A stretch of 64,000 nucleotides of DNA from an uncultured Gammaproteobacteria bacterium (GCA_963715345.1 CAVQRS010000003.1:1398-65397); one strand, 5' to 3'; positions 41,041 to 51,436 are shown, numbered from the stretch's first letter. Notes: a model not told the origin generated them from the letters alone. Translations and numbers: made by a program.

Positions 41041-43233
41041 ATGACTGAACCCCTGTTCTGGCTGGCGCCTGTTGCCGCTGTGGTCGCACTGCTGTTTGCC
41101 ACCCTGTTTTTTCGTTGGATGCGGCGCCAGGACGAGGGTACGCCGCTGATGCGCAGGATCGGCGGGCACGTACGCGATGGTGCGATGGCATACCTGCGCC
41201 AGCAGTACCGGGTTATGGCCTTGGTTTTCGTCGTCCTGGCAGCCCTGTTCGCGGTGCTCGCCTATGGCTTTGGGGTGCAGAACCCCTGGCTGCCCTTCAC
41301 CTTCCTGTGCGGCGGTTTTTTTTCCGCACTGGCCGGATTCATCGGAATGCAGACCGCTACCCTGGCCTCCACCCGCACGGCGGCAGCGGCCCGCACCTCC
41401 CTCGGACAGAGCCTGCGGGTGGCATTTCGCAGCGGTGCCGTCATCGGGCTGGCGGTGGTCGGCCTGGGGCTGGCCAACTGCGCCGGCTGGTTCCTGCTGG
41501 TGAACTGGCTGACGCCGGCGTCAGCTGACAGTTACCGCCTGGTACTGGTGACCACCACGGTGCTGACGTTCAGCATGGGCGCATCACTGCAGGCTCTTTT
41601 CGCCCGGGTTGGCGGCGGTATCTATACCAAGGCGGCGGATGTGGGTGCCGACCTGGTGGGTAAGGTGGAGGCGGGCATTCCCGAGGATGACCCGCGCAAC
41701 CCCGCTGTTATCGCCGACAATGTCGGGGACAATGTGGGGGACGTGGCCGGTATGGGGGCAGACCTGTTCGAGTCCTACTGTGGCTCCCTGCTCGCCGCCT
41801 GCGCCCTGGGCGCCGCGGCTTACGTTGGCGACGATGTATTGCAGGCGAGGGCGATCACCGCGCCATTTATGATTGCCGGGCTCGGGATACTGGTCTCCAT
41901 TGTCGGTGTGTTCCTGGTCCGGACCGGGGAGGAGGCGGACCAGGGTGCATTGCTGGCCGCCTTGTCCCGTGGGATCAACACCAGCGCCGCGCTGGTGGCG
42001 CTGTTATCCCTGCCGGCGCTTTACTGGCTGCAGATGCCCAACCTTTGGGGCAGCTGGGGCGCGGTGGTGATTGGTCTGCTGACCGGCATTGTCATCGGGC
42101 GCGCCACGGAATACGCGACGTCTTCCTCGTATCCCTCAACGCGGGCCATCGCGGAGGCGGCCGAGAGCGGCCCTGCGACCACCCTGATCGCCGGTATCGG
42201 CTCCGGTATGCTCTCCACCGTGGTGCCGGTGATGGCGGTAGCCGCCGGCACCCTCTTCGCCTTTCTCTGTAGCGCGGCATTTGATCCCGCCCAGGTGATC
42301 CAGGGACTGTATGGCGTGGCCATCGCGGCGGTGGGCATGCTGTCCACTTTAGGTATTACCCTGGCCAGCGATGCCTACGGGCCGATTGCCGATAACGCCG
42401 GTGGCAATGCCGAAATGAGCGGGCTGGGTCCGGAAGTACGTGCCCGCACCGACGCGCTGGACTCGCTGGGCAATACCACTGCCGCCACCGGCAAGGGTTT
42501 TGCCATCGGCTCCGCGGCGCTTACCGCGCTGGCATTGATTGCTTCCTACCTGGAGGTGGTCCGGGTCACGCTGCTGCAATCCGGCCACGCCATGCTGAGC
42601 CTGCCCAACGAGGTCCAGGTGGCTACACGGGATGCCACCCTGGTGGATTTCATGGTGTATTTCAATGTCACCCTGTTGAACCCGGTGGTGCTGGTGGCGC
42701 TGTTCATTGGCTCCATGTCGGCCTTTGTTTTCAGTGGCCTGACCATGCAGGCAGTGGGGAGGGCCGCCGCGGCGATGGTCACCGAGGTGCGGCGCCAGTT
42801 CCGCGAAACGCCGGGCATTCTCGAGGGCACCGCCGAGCCGGACTACGCCCGTTGTATCGCAATATCCACCCTGGGCGCCCAGCGTGAGATGATCTGGCCC
42901 TCGGTTATCGCGGTGGCCACACCGGTGGCGGTAAGCCTGTTGCTTGGCGTGGCGGGGGTGATCGGCCTGCTGGTGGGAGGGCTGTGCACCGGTTTCGTGA
43001 TGGCGGTGTTCCTGTCAAATACCGGGGGCGCCTGGGATAACGCCAAGAAGTATATCGAGGCTGGGCAGCACGGTGGCAAGGGCTCACCGGCGCACCGCGC
43101 GGCGGTAATTGGCGATACGGTTGGCGACCCCTTTAAGGATACCTCCGGCCCCAGCCTGAATATCCTGATCAAGCTGATGAGTATTATCGCCATCTCCGTG
43201 GTTACCCTGGCCGTGTCCTACAGCCTGATATAG
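41041..43233 (+). CDS. hppA: Membrane-integral (V-type) ion-translocating pyrophosphatase
   Basis: [56 protein letters not shown] and [19 protein letters not shown] chose the start at 41041 ([10 protein letters not shown]). Confidence 0.93.
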   Translation: MTEPLFWLAPVAAVVALLFATLFFRWMRRQDEGTPLMRRIGGHVRDGAMAYLRQQYRVMALVFVVLAALFAVLAYGFGVQNPWLPFTFLCGGFFSALAGFIGMQTATLASTRTAAAARTSLGQSLRVAFRSGAVIGLAVVGLGLANCAGWFLLVNWLTPASADSYRLVLVTTTVLTFSMGASLQALFARVGGGIYTKAADVGADLVGKVEAGIPEDDPRNPAVIADNVGDNVGDVAGMGADLFESYCGSLLAACALGAAAYVGDDVLQARAITAPFMIAGLGILVSIVGVFLVRTGEEADQGALLAALSRGINTSAALVALLSLPALYWLQMPNLWGSWGAVVIGLLTGIVIGRATEYATSSSYPSTRAIAEAAESGPATTLIAGIGSGMLSTVVPVMAVAAGTLFAFLCSAAFDPAQVIQGLYGVAIAAVGMLSTLGITLASDAYGPIADNAGGNAEMSGLGPEVRARTDALDSLGNTTAATGKGFAIGSAALTALALIASYLEVVRVTLLQSGHAMLSLPNEVQVATRDATLVDFMVYFNVTLLNPVVLVALFIGSMSAFVFSGLTMQAVGRAAAAMVTEVRRQFRETPGILEGTAEPDYARCIAISTLGAQREMIWPSVIAVATPVAVSLLLGVAGVIGLLVGGLCTGFVMAVFLSNTGGAWDNAKKYIEAGQHGGKGSPAHRAAVIGDTVGDPFKDTSGPSLNILIKLMSIIAISVVTLAVSYSLI

Positions 43234-43248
43234 AGGCCCGGCGGGTTT

Positions 43249-44244
43249 TCAGAACGGGTCGCTCAGGCTGACACCGATGCCGATGCGGTTGGTGCTCTCG
43301 TTGTAATCGATCAGGCTCTCGCCGTAGCCGTTGAAATACTGGACGTAGCCGCTGAAGCGCTGGCTGATCGGGAAGGTCCAGTCCAGTTGGATGGCGCCCT
43401 TGTTGTCACTGCTGAGGTTGTTGCGCAGGGTAAAGCCGAGGGTGTAGTCCGGCCATCTCCAGACCCCCTCCAACTGGCCATTGCCCATATAGTCATCGAT
43501 ATCGGAGTTGTCGTCGTCCTTGTTACTTTCCGGAATCCGGTACCAGGCGCTGGTCACCAGGGAAAAATTCCTGTGTTCGAACAGGGCGGAGGCGATCACC
43601 CGGTTCCAGCTTCTGGACTGTGGCTCGGAGCTGCCGTTGGACTGGTGGGTCAAGCTGAGATCCAGGCGCGTGTTGTGTACTCCCATGAAATGCCAGTTGT
43701 TGGCCACGCTGAGGATCAGTTCCGGCTGGTAATCGGTTTCCCGAAAGGGTGACGAGACGTCGGTGTTGTAGACCTGCCACCAGTTTTCCTGGGTGTAGGC
43801 TCCCCACAGGTCCATATCCTTGCCGAACATATCCTGCCAGATGATGGCCTTGAAGCTGATCTGGAACTTCGCTTCCGCCTGGTCCATGCCGTCTCCCGGA
43901 TGCTGCTCTTTCCAGGCCTCCTCGTTGATATTGCTGTTAAAAGTCAGCGGCAGCAGGTAGTTGCGCTTGTGGGGGATGATGACAAAGCGGTTGTTGGCGT
44001 TGGCTTCCTCCTCCTCCAGGCGCTGGGAGATAAATTCCGCTTCTTCATTCCCGGCCTCGGCCGCCGCCACCGCGGGGGTAGCGCTGTCCGCGGAGTCAGC
44101 GCTGCGTCCGGAGAGGGCGTCGTAGCAGGCCAGCCGTTGGCTGTCGTCCGCCAGCGCGGCGCAGTCGGCCAGGGAACCGGCCTGTGCCGTACCCGCGCCA
44201 CCCGCAATGAGCAGCCCGGTGAGTGCAACCGGGTATTTCATCAT
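43249..44244 (-). CDS. pldA: Outer-membrane phospholipase A (OMPLA)
   Basis: Active-site block LSLTHQSNG, with HKRNYLLPLTFN and FRETDYQPEL blocks. Start at 44244 (MMKYPVALTGLL) is preceded by GAGGAGGAGG. The listed ORF extends to 44388. Confidence 0.88.
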   Translation of the reverse strand: MMKYPVALTGLLIAGGAGTAQAGSLADCAALADDSQRLACYDALSGRSADSADSATPAVAAAEAGNEEAEFISQRLEEEEANANNRFVIIPHKRNYLLPLTFNSNINEEAWKEQHPGDGMDQAEAKFQISFKAIIWQDMFGKDMDLWGAYTQENWWQVYNTDVSSPFRETDYQPELILSVANNWHFMGVHNTRLDLSLTHQSNGSSEPQSRSWNRVIASALFEHRNFSLVTSAWYRIPESNKDDDNSDIDDYMGNGQLEGVWRWPDYTLGFTLRNNLSSDNKGAIQLDWTFPISQRFSGYVQYFNGYGESLIDYNESTNRIGIGVSLSDPF

Positions 44245-44405
44245 TTTTGCCTCCTCCTCAAACCGCCCTAGGGGCCTGCCCCGCTCAATCGGATATTCAC
44301 TCGACCACATCCCAGCATAGCCGTAATCTACCCGCCAACGCCCCGGGAATCCCCTCTTTTCCCGGCAATCCACAAAAAACCACGGCATCTTGCTAGAATC
44401 GTCGC

Positions 44406-45083
44406 ATGCGATACCTCCTATGTCTTCTACCCGCTCTGCTCAGCCTGTTGCTCGGCGCCTGCGGCAGTTACGAAATGAAGAACCTCGCGAAGACGGACAT
44501 CGACCTGGTGGCGGACGAGTTTATCGAGGAGAGTCGCAATGAGGTGCGTGAACTGCTGGTGAAGCTGTACAAGCGCAATCCCGACCAGCTGGCGGTCAAT
44601 CCCGGCATGACGGTGGAGGGCCGGTTGGCCCAGTTCAGGGTGGCCCGGGGGCAGCTGGATTTTCCGGAACTCGACGGCCTGCAGGGCATCGATGCAATGA
44701 ACCTGACCTTCGACCCTGAATTTCGCGGCGACCGGGTCTTCGCGCTGGTGGTCGGCCTGGGGAGCATGCTGCGCCAGGCCTACGGATTCAAGCCGGAAAT
44801 GTTTATCCACGACCGCCTCAATGGTGCTGCCCTGCTTACCAGCGCGCGCAACGTGGAAATACTGCTGTGGAAACTCAAACATACCCGCAAGCCGAACGGG
44901 GAGCCATACCTGGTGACCTACGAGTACAGGGGCGTTATAGACAACCTCAGTTTCGAGCGTCTGTTCGGCAAGCTCATCGTCCTGCAGGAAATGATGGCGC
45001 GGATTGCCGGCGACCGGAGTGACCGGGCGGTTACCCGGTCGGTGCACGCGGTCTCTTCGGTCTTTCTGCCGATGCCGATATGA
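44406..45083 (+). CDS. Hypothetical lipoprotein
   Basis: Lipobox LLLGACGS. 225 aa. No family recognised. Confidence 0.55.
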   Translation: MRYLLCLLPALLSLLLGACGSYEMKNLAKTDIDLVADEFIEESRNEVRELLVKLYKRNPDQLAVNPGMTVEGRLAQFRVARGQLDFPELDGLQGIDAMNLTFDPEFRGDRVFALVVGLGSMLRQAYGFKPEMFIHDRLNGAALLTSARNVEILLWKLKHTRKPNGEPYLVTYEYRGVIDNLSFERLFGKLIVLQEMMARIAGDRSDRAVTRSVHAVSSVFLPMPI

Positions 45084-45204
45084 GCTTGGCCAACAATCTG
45101 TCCCGTCCGAATACCGTTACCGGCAGCGACGGCCGTACCCGCGCCGGCTTGCGTGGACCCGGGTTGCAATAAAACGGGTGATTTGGCCAAAATTTCGTGC
45201 CAGA

Positions 45205-46536
45205 ATGCCCCTTCGCTTTGGGGACACTTCTGGACTTCATGTGACTATCACAAACTTATCGCAACGTCTTTTGGCGGGGCTCTGCCTGTTTTTACTTGCT
45301 TCTCTCGCCTCTGCCACGGCAACAGTGGAGGATTACGGGTACCCGATTACCGACCGCTTTGTTGCAACGATCCTGGGTACGCCGGAGGGCTACGAGGCGG
45401 ACCTGCCAAAGGATATTCCATTCAAGAAGCGCTGGATCAATATATTTCCCGAGCGACACCTGCCCGACCTGATCTGGTACGGCCAGGAGATGATTTACGC
45501 TGAAGTACTGCAGGATCGTCCGGCGCCGCTCATTTTCCTGATCGCCGGCACCGGGGCAGCCTCTAATGGTGCCAAGAACTACAACATGGCCAGGGCTTTT
45601 TACAAGGCCGGCTTTCACGTCATCTCGATTGCCTCCCCCACCTTTCCAAATTTCGTCTCCGCGGCCTCCAGGACCGGGGTCGTTGGCCACGCCGAGAGAG
45701 ACGCTGAAGATATCTACCGGGTAATGGAGATGATCTGGAAGAAACTGGACGGTGAGATCGAGGCAACCTCCTTCAACCTGACCGGCTACAGTCTCGGCGG
45801 CTTCAACTCCGCTTATGTCGCCAAGCTGGATGAGGAACGCAAGTCATTCAATTTCCGCCGGGTGCTGTTGATCAATCCACCGGTATCGCTTTACAACTCC
45901 ATCTCCCTGCTGGACCGGATGGTGGAGAACATCCCGGGCGGGGAAGACAATTTCGACCAGTTTTTTAACCGGCTGGTCGAGGGTTTCAGCAAGGTATACA
46001 AGGATCAGGACGATATAGGAGGCGATTTCCTCTACCAGGCCTACAAGGCGATGGATCTGAAGGATGAGGAACTGGCCGCCCTGATAGGAGTCTCTTTCCG
46101 ACTGTCATCCGCCTCCATGGTGTTTACCTCGGATGTCATGACCGATTTCGGTTATGTCAAACCCAAGGGGCTGGTACTGGACCGCTATGCGGACCTCACC
46201 AGGTACAACCAGGTCACCAATCGCCTGGGTTTCACCGATTACTACCACGATTTTTTCTATCCCTATTACAAGGCTGATTACCCCGACATGACCCGGGACG
46301 AATTTATCAGCGCCATCAGCCTGAGAGGGATTGCGGACTACCTGCGCAATTCACCGAAGATTACCGTGATGCACAACGAGAACGATATCATTCTCGAGCC
46401 CGGCGAGATCGAGTTTTTCAATGAGGTATTCGGCGAGCGGGCGACCATTTATCCCTTCGGTGGCCACTGCGGCAATATCAATTACCGCGACAACGTGGCG
46501 CATATGGTGGCGACATTTACCGAGGGGGCTAACTGA
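45205..46536 (+). CDS. Secreted alpha/beta-hydrolase-like serine esterase (uncharacterised family)
   Basis: I chose the start at 45205 (MPLRFG...LCLFLLASLASA, signal-like). Nucleophile elbow LTGYSLGGFNS. A late HNENDII and GGHCGN fit Asp/His positions. The stop overlaps the mlaA start (TGATG). Confidence 0.6.
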   Translation: MPLRFGDTSGLHVTITNLSQRLLAGLCLFLLASLASATATVEDYGYPITDRFVATILGTPEGYEADLPKDIPFKKRWINIFPERHLPDLIWYGQEMIYAEVLQDRPAPLIFLIAGTGAASNGAKNYNMARAFYKAGFHVISIASPTFPNFVSAASRTGVVGHAERDAEDIYRVMEMIWKKLDGEIEATSFNLTGYSLGGFNSAYVAKLDEERKSFNFRRVLLINPPVSLYNSISLLDRMVENIPGGEDNFDQFFNRLVEGFSKVYKDQDDIGGDFLYQAYKAMDLKDEELAALIGVSFRLSSASMVFTSDVMTDFGYVKPKGLVLDRYADLTRYNQVTNRLGFTDYYHDFFYPYYKADYPDMTRDEFISAISLRGIADYLRNSPKITVMHNENDIILEPGEIEFFNEVFGERATIYPFGGHCGNINYRDNVAHMVATFTEGAN

Positions 46537-47288
46537 TGAAATCTCTCACCCTTCGCACCTGCGCCCTGCTGGCGCTCCTGTCTCTGGGGGCATGCAGCAC
46601 GACGCCGCCGGCCGAGCCCCAGGCGTCATACCCGGAACCGGTCTTTGCCATCGATCGTATTGTGCCGGCGGATGCGGTAGATATTACCTCCGTGTACGAC
46701 CCCTGGGAGGGTATGAACAAGCGTATCTACAACTTCAACTACCATTTCGACCAGTGGGTGTTCCTGCCCGTGGTTCGCGGCTGGCAGGCTGTGGTGCCAA
46801 GGCCCGCCCGCAGGGGTGTGCATAACTTCTTTGAGAACTTCAGGGACGTGCGCACCATGGCCAACTCCATTTTGCAGGCCAGCCCCAGGAAGTTTTTCCA
46901 GAGCACGGGCCGGGTGCTGGTCAACAGCACGATCGGGTTGTTCGGGGTGATCGATGTCGCCACCAGCATGGGCATGCCGAAGCCGGATGAAGATTTCGGG
47001 CAGACGCTGGGGCACTGGGGAGTCGGTACCGGGCCTTACCTGGTGCTGCCACTGCTCGGCCCGTCCAACGTCCGCGATGGTGTCGGCCTTTACCCGGACT
47101 TAGTCTTGCAGAATTATATCCAGGACGATTTGCTCGCCCAGCCGGTGCGGGCTACCACATTCCTGTTTGACAGTATCGATACCCGGGAGAACACCTCCTT
47201 CCGGTACTATGAAACCGGGTCGGCTTTCGAATACCAGACGGTGCGTTGGCTGTACTCCACCAAGCGCGAACTTGACGTAGAAAAGTAA
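46536..47288 (+). CDS. mlaA: MlaA/VacJ outer-membrane lipoprotein
   Basis: Lipobox LLSLGACS. DPWEGMNKRIYNFNYHFDQWVFLPVVRGWQAVVPRPARRGVHNFFENF matches the MlaA signature region. Confidence 0.88.
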   Translation: MKSLTLRTCALLALLSLGACSTTPPAEPQASYPEPVFAIDRIVPADAVDITSVYDPWEGMNKRIYNFNYHFDQWVFLPVVRGWQAVVPRPARRGVHNFFENFRDVRTMANSILQASPRKFFQSTGRVLVNSTIGLFGVIDVATSMGMPKPDEDFGQTLGHWGVGTGPYLVLPLLGPSNVRDGVGLYPDLVLQNYIQDDLLAQPVRATTFLFDSIDTRENTSFRYYETGSAFEYQTVRWLYSTKRELDVEK

Positions 47289-47300
47289 TCGGGGACCACT

Positions 47301-48452
47301 GTGATCCGTAACCTGCTCCTATCTTTATGTACCCTGGCCCTCACCTTTGCGGTCGGTGCCCATGCAGTCGAACCCATCAGGATCGGCACCACCCAGTCCC
47401 TTAGCGGACCCCTTGAGGAGTTCGGCACCAACCAGTTGCGTGGCCTGCAGATGTGGGTGGGCGATGTGAATGCCCGCGGCGAGCTGCTGGGTCGTCCGGT
47501 GGAACTCGTTCATTACGACGACGGTTCCGACCCCGCGCGCAGTGCCCAGCTCTACAAGAAGTTGATTCAGGAAGATAAGGTGGAACTGCTGGTCGGTCCC
47601 TACTCCTCGAAGATCACCCTGGCTGCGAGCCAGGTGGCGGAACAGTTCGACATGCCCATGCTGACCCTCGGCGCCTCGGCCGACGCGATCTGGTCCAGGG
47701 GTTACGAGAACATCGTGGGGCTCGATACGCCTTCCGCGCGCTATATGGACATCGCACTGGAGACGGCGGCCGACAAGGGCGCGAAAACCCTTGCGCTGGT
47801 CTACGGCGATACCGACTTTACCCGCGACGTGGTTCCGGGTGTGCGCAGCAAGGCGCAGGAGCTGGGTATCCAGCTGGTGCTGGACGAGTCAGCCGCCAGC
47901 ATCGGCGATATTGCCGCCATGGTTAGCCGCCTGCGCTCAGTCAATGCCGATGTGATAATGGCCATAGCCTACCTCGAGGGAGGGGTCGACCTGGTGCGAG
48001 AGCTGCGGCGGGCACAGGTCAAACCCCGGATGCTGGTGTTCGGCGTGGCGGCTTCTCTCGCTGAATTCGGTCAGGAGCTGCAGGACGAGGCCGAGGGCGT
48101 GACAGGTGTCACCCAGTGGCTGCGCGGCATTCGCCTGCCGGGCGCCCAGGACTTCGCCTACCGCTACCGCAAACTCTACGGCTACAACCCCGGGGCTTAT
48201 GCCGCCCTGGGTTACAGCGGCGGGCAGGTGATGGAGGCGGCGGTCCGCCTGGCCGGCAGCACCGACCACGCGGCGGTACGCGACCAGTTGCACACCATGG
48301 TATTCAACTCCCTGCTGGGGATCTACAAGGTGGACGCCGACGGGCGCCAGGTGGGTAAGAGCAATTACCTGTTCCAGTGGCAGGGCAAGGACCGGCGCCT
48401 GGTTGAGCCTGGCATCGTTGCCGAGCGCAAGCTGATATATCCGATGCCGTAA
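47301..48452 (+). CDS. Periplasmic substrate-binding protein (LivK/Peripla_BP_6-like), orphan
   Basis: Signal peptide. IRIGTTQSLSGPLEEFG and LVGPYSS blocks. No permease or ATPase genes are adjacent. GTG start. Confidence 0.75.
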   Translation: MIRNLLLSLCTLALTFAVGAHAVEPIRIGTTQSLSGPLEEFGTNQLRGLQMWVGDVNARGELLGRPVELVHYDDGSDPARSAQLYKKLIQEDKVELLVGPYSSKITLAASQVAEQFDMPMLTLGASADAIWSRGYENIVGLDTPSARYMDIALETAADKGAKTLALVYGDTDFTRDVVPGVRSKAQELGIQLVLDESAASIGDIAAMVSRLRSVNADVIMAIAYLEGGVDLVRELRRAQVKPRMLVFGVAASLAEFGQELQDEAEGVTGVTQWLRGIRLPGAQDFAYRYRKLYGYNPGAYAALGYSGGQVMEAAVRLAGSTDHAAVRDQLHTMVFNSLLGIYKVDADGRQVGKSNYLFQWQGKDRRLVEPGIVAERKLIYPMP

Positions 48453-48493
48453 GGCCGGCTTCGGCCCTGCGGGGCTTGCTCTTCTGCGGGGGG

Positions 48494-51217
48494 CTAGAAA
48501 TTGTAGCCAAGGGTCATGCCGTACAGGCGCGGCTCGATCGGGAACACGTTGGTGAACAGCCCCGAAGACGGATCTGTGACGTACATTCCCGCCAGGGCAT
48601 CGCTGTCGGTGATATTTTTGATATAAGCCCTGAGGTACCAGCTGTTATCGCTTGTGGCGATGGTGGCCTGGGCGTTCCAGACATCAAATGAATCTATCTT
48701 GTCGATGGGGTCGCGATTGAACTCCCGGCCCCACATCGCATCCTGCCAGTAGTAGTCCAGTCGCAGTGATACGTCGACCCGGTCCAGGCTCCAGTTGTAC
48801 TGGGCGCCGAGGCTGACAGTGGTCGACGGGGAGTTTTTCAGCTCGTTGCCGTCCAGGTCCACCTCCACGCCGGAGCCCACATTGTAAGGCGCGGGCAGTG
48901 GACTGCCGTTGCTCAGGCTCGGGTTGGAGCAGTCGTTGAGCTGGGGCATATCCGGGGCCGGCGCGCCGTTGTGAAAGACCACGCAATTGGAGGCATTGGT
49001 GTTGTCCTTGATCAGCGTCGCCTCGCTGCTGCCCTGGGTGGGATCCCGCGTGTCCACGGCCTCAAAATTGCGGATGGCGGTCTGCAGCAGGGCCACATTG
49101 GCGTTCAACAGCCAGTTGCTGTCTGGCGCGAACAGAAACTCCGACTCCAGGCCGTAAATCTCGGCATCGGTATTTTCGTTGAAGGAGGTGCGATTGATCA
49201 CGCGGGAGATCTGCAAATCGCTGTAATCGTAGTAAAAAGCCGTCAGGTTGGCTTGCAGGCGGTTGCCGAATAACTGGTTCTTGCTGCCGATCTCAAACGC
49301 GTTCACGAACTCGGGCTCGAAGGTCAGTGCCGTGTCGGGAAACTCCCTGGGGTCGAAAGCGGGGTTAAAGCCCCCTCCCTTGTAGCCGCGGGAATAGGAG
49401 CCGTAAAACAGGGTTTCGTCGCTCCAGCTCACGTCCGGCGCCCAGTCCAGCACCAGCCGCCCGGTCCACTCCTCCCACTCCTTGTCGTCCTTGCGCTCCG
49501 GCACGACCAGCGCCAGGTCTTCATCCGCCCCGAAGGCCTGCAGGATGGGCAGGCCGTCCGCGCCGAAGTCCAGCAGGTAGGCGGCGTCATGCACGGTTTT
49601 CTTGTCGCGGGTATAGCGCGCGCCCAGGGTGAGCTTGAGCTGTTCGTTCAGTGAGTAGTACAACTCGCCGAAGGCCGCCGTGGATTCCAGTTCATACTTC
49701 TTGGTGGTGTTGTGGAAGCTTGGGCTGACCCAGCCCAGGCCGTCGATGCCGATGAGCCCGCCCACTGACAGCGGCACTGCAGGCAGCACTACGGAAAAGT
49801 AATCGAGCCCATTGGCGATCACCCAGTAGTCATTATCGATTTCAGCATCCAGTGCAAACACGCCACCGATAAAGTTGAAGGCTCCCTCATAGTTCGAAGC
49901 GAAGTTTGCCTCGAAGGTGTACTGCTCGGTGTTCGCCGAGGAGATGTCATAGCCGTCCAGTGAGTTGCTTCTGCCGGCGATATTACCCCCGACGATGCCG
50001 GTGTTGGTCTTCGATTGACTGGAGATCGGCAGCTTGTTATCGGCGAAATAGGTGGCGTAGGTAATCGGGGCCAGTACCTCCAGCAGCGGGGAGGGGAAGA
50101 ACTCCACCGGGCTGGAGTTCATGGTGTAATCCTGCTGGGAGCGCAGGGAGGTATCGTGGTAGCTGGTGATAACAGACAGTTCGTGGCTCTGGAATTGGTG
50201 ATCCAGGCGCAGAATCATCAGGGTTTCGTCACTCTGGTATTCGGGGTCCGAGTCCGCCGCCACCTTGCGCATTGAGCGGGGTACCCCACCGGTGTCATTG
50301 GTCAGGCCGGGCTGGGGCCCGAGGGGGCCGAGGCGGCTGGGGATGATGCCGGTCAACTGGGCCAGGGGGTTGACCGCGTCCCAGGTCAGCTTGTCGGGCA
50401 GGCAACCCAGCAGGCCGGATGGGTCGTTGTGGCACAACTGTTTCTGGCTGCGGGTGCGGCTGCTGTTCTCGTCCATATACGAAGCCATGAAGTTGACCGC
50501 GGTGTTTTCGCCCGGCAACCATTGCAGTGACCCACGCAGGGACCACTGGTCCCGGTCGTCGATGTCGTTGTCGGTGACCAGGTTTTTGGTGTAGCCGTCG
50601 CGCTGCAGGCTGATGCCGGCCAGGCGTACCGCCAGGGTGTCCCCCAGCGGGATGTTTACCATGCCTTTGACCCGCATGGTGTCGTGGTTGCCGTACTGGC
50701 CCTCGATATTACCCTCGAGCGCTTCCACACTGGCGCGATTGGTAATCATGTTGACCGCGCCGCCGGTGGAATTGCGGCCATACAGTGTCCCCTGGGGGCC
50801 GCGCAGTACCACCAGTTGCTCTATGTCGTAGTATTCCGTTTCGTACAGCCGGGGGTCCTGTAATGGCACGTCATTGATGTGGATGCCCACCCCGGCGTCA
50901 GAGGTGGCGGCCACCAGATCCTGGCCAATGCCACGTATCTTGAAATTGCTGCCGGTGAAATTCCCCTTGCTGTAACTGACATTGGGCGCCGTGAAGCGAA
51001 GGTCCTGTACGGTCGTTATCTGTTTTGCGTCCATTGCAGCAGCATCGAAGGCGGTGATGGCAATGGGGACATTCTGCATATCCTCGGTGCGCTTCTGGGC
51101 GGTGACAATGATTTCCTCCAGTTGGGCCCAGGCGTGATTTGCGCCGGCAAGTCCGCATGTGCTGAGGATAGCGATCGCCAGCCGGGTTTTTGCGTGTTGC
51201 TGCACATGATCTGTCAT
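48494..51217 (-). CDS. TonB-dependent receptor
   Basis: Signal peptide. Plug region EEIIVTAQKRTEDMQNVPIAITAF and VVLRGPQGTLYGRNSTGGAVN. C-terminal LYGMTLGYNF. Confidence 0.9.
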   Translation of the reverse strand: MTDHVQQHAKTRLAIAILSTCGLAGANHAWAQLEEIIVTAQKRTEDMQNVPIAITAFDAAAMDAKQITTVQDLRFTAPNVSYSKGNFTGSNFKIRGIGQDLVAATSDAGVGIHINDVPLQDPRLYETEYYDIEQLVVLRGPQGTLYGRNSTGGAVNMITNRASVEALEGNIEGQYGNHDTMRVKGMVNIPLGDTLAVRLAGISLQRDGYTKNLVTDNDIDDRDQWSLRGSLQWLPGENTAVNFMASYMDENSSRTRSQKQLCHNDPSGLLGCLPDKLTWDAVNPLAQLTGIIPSRLGPLGPQPGLTNDTGGVPRSMRKVAADSDPEYQSDETLMILRLDHQFQSHELSVITSYHDTSLRSQQDYTMNSSPVEFFPSPLLEVLAPITYATYFADNKLPISSQSKTNTGIVGGNIAGRSNSLDGYDISSANTEQYTFEANFASNYEGAFNFIGGVFALDAEIDNDYWVIANGLDYFSVVLPAVPLSVGGLIGIDGLGWVSPSFHNTTKKYELESTAAFGELYYSLNEQLKLTLGARYTRDKKTVHDAAYLLDFGADGLPILQAFGADEDLALVVPERKDDKEWEEWTGRLVLDWAPDVSWSDETLFYGSYSRGYKGGGFNPAFDPREFPDTALTFEPEFVNAFEIGSKNQLFGNRLQANLTAFYYDYSDLQISRVINRTSFNENTDAEIYGLESEFLFAPDSNWLLNANVALLQTAIRNFEAVDTRDPTQGSSEATLIKDNTNASNCVVFHNGAPAPDMPQLNDCSNPSLSNGSPLPAPYNVGSGVEVDLDGNELKNSPSTTVSLGAQYNWSLDRVDVSLRLDYYWQDAMWGREFNRDPIDKIDSFDVWNAQATIATSDNSWYLRAYIKNITDSDALAGMYVTDPSSGLFTNVFPIEPRLYGMTLGYNF

Positions 51218-51436
51218 CGAAATCGTCTCTTATTAGTTATTGTTATCTCCCTTCACCCGTCCTGCCTGATGCTCTAGCGGCGGTGGAGTCGGTTGAGCAT
51301 CTCAAACATATTTGCCCGGATCAAATGGTACCTGGGCGCAATTTCGCGCCGCTACAAATAACAGGACTTATTGCCGGACCGGGATTTTCATCCCGGGACT
51401 CTGTGTTAGGCTGGTTTGACAGGGGAGGGCATCTCT

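Noticed and set aside
48453-48493. GGCCG-GCTT-CGGCC hairpin and a duplicated CTGCGGGG in the convergent gap between the binding-protein gene and the TonB receptor, as a bidirectional terminator.
   Set aside because: The stem is only 5 bp and there is no U/T tract on either strand. This is not convincing as an intrinsic terminator.
51226-51246. Fur-box-like AT-rich string upstream of the TonB-dependent receptor (minus strand GATAACAATAACTAATAAG).
   Set aside because: It matches the 19-bp Fur consensus GATAATGATAATCATTATC at only about 12 of 19 positions by hand comparison. It lies in a generally AT-rich leader. This is too weak to call without a genome-specific matrix.
51285-51297. Palindrome TTGAGCATCTCAA between the TonB receptor and patatin genes as a second FNR/CRP-type site.
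   Set aside because: The half-site spacing is 3 nt, where FNR requires 4 and CRP requires 6. It is probably a different operator or chance.
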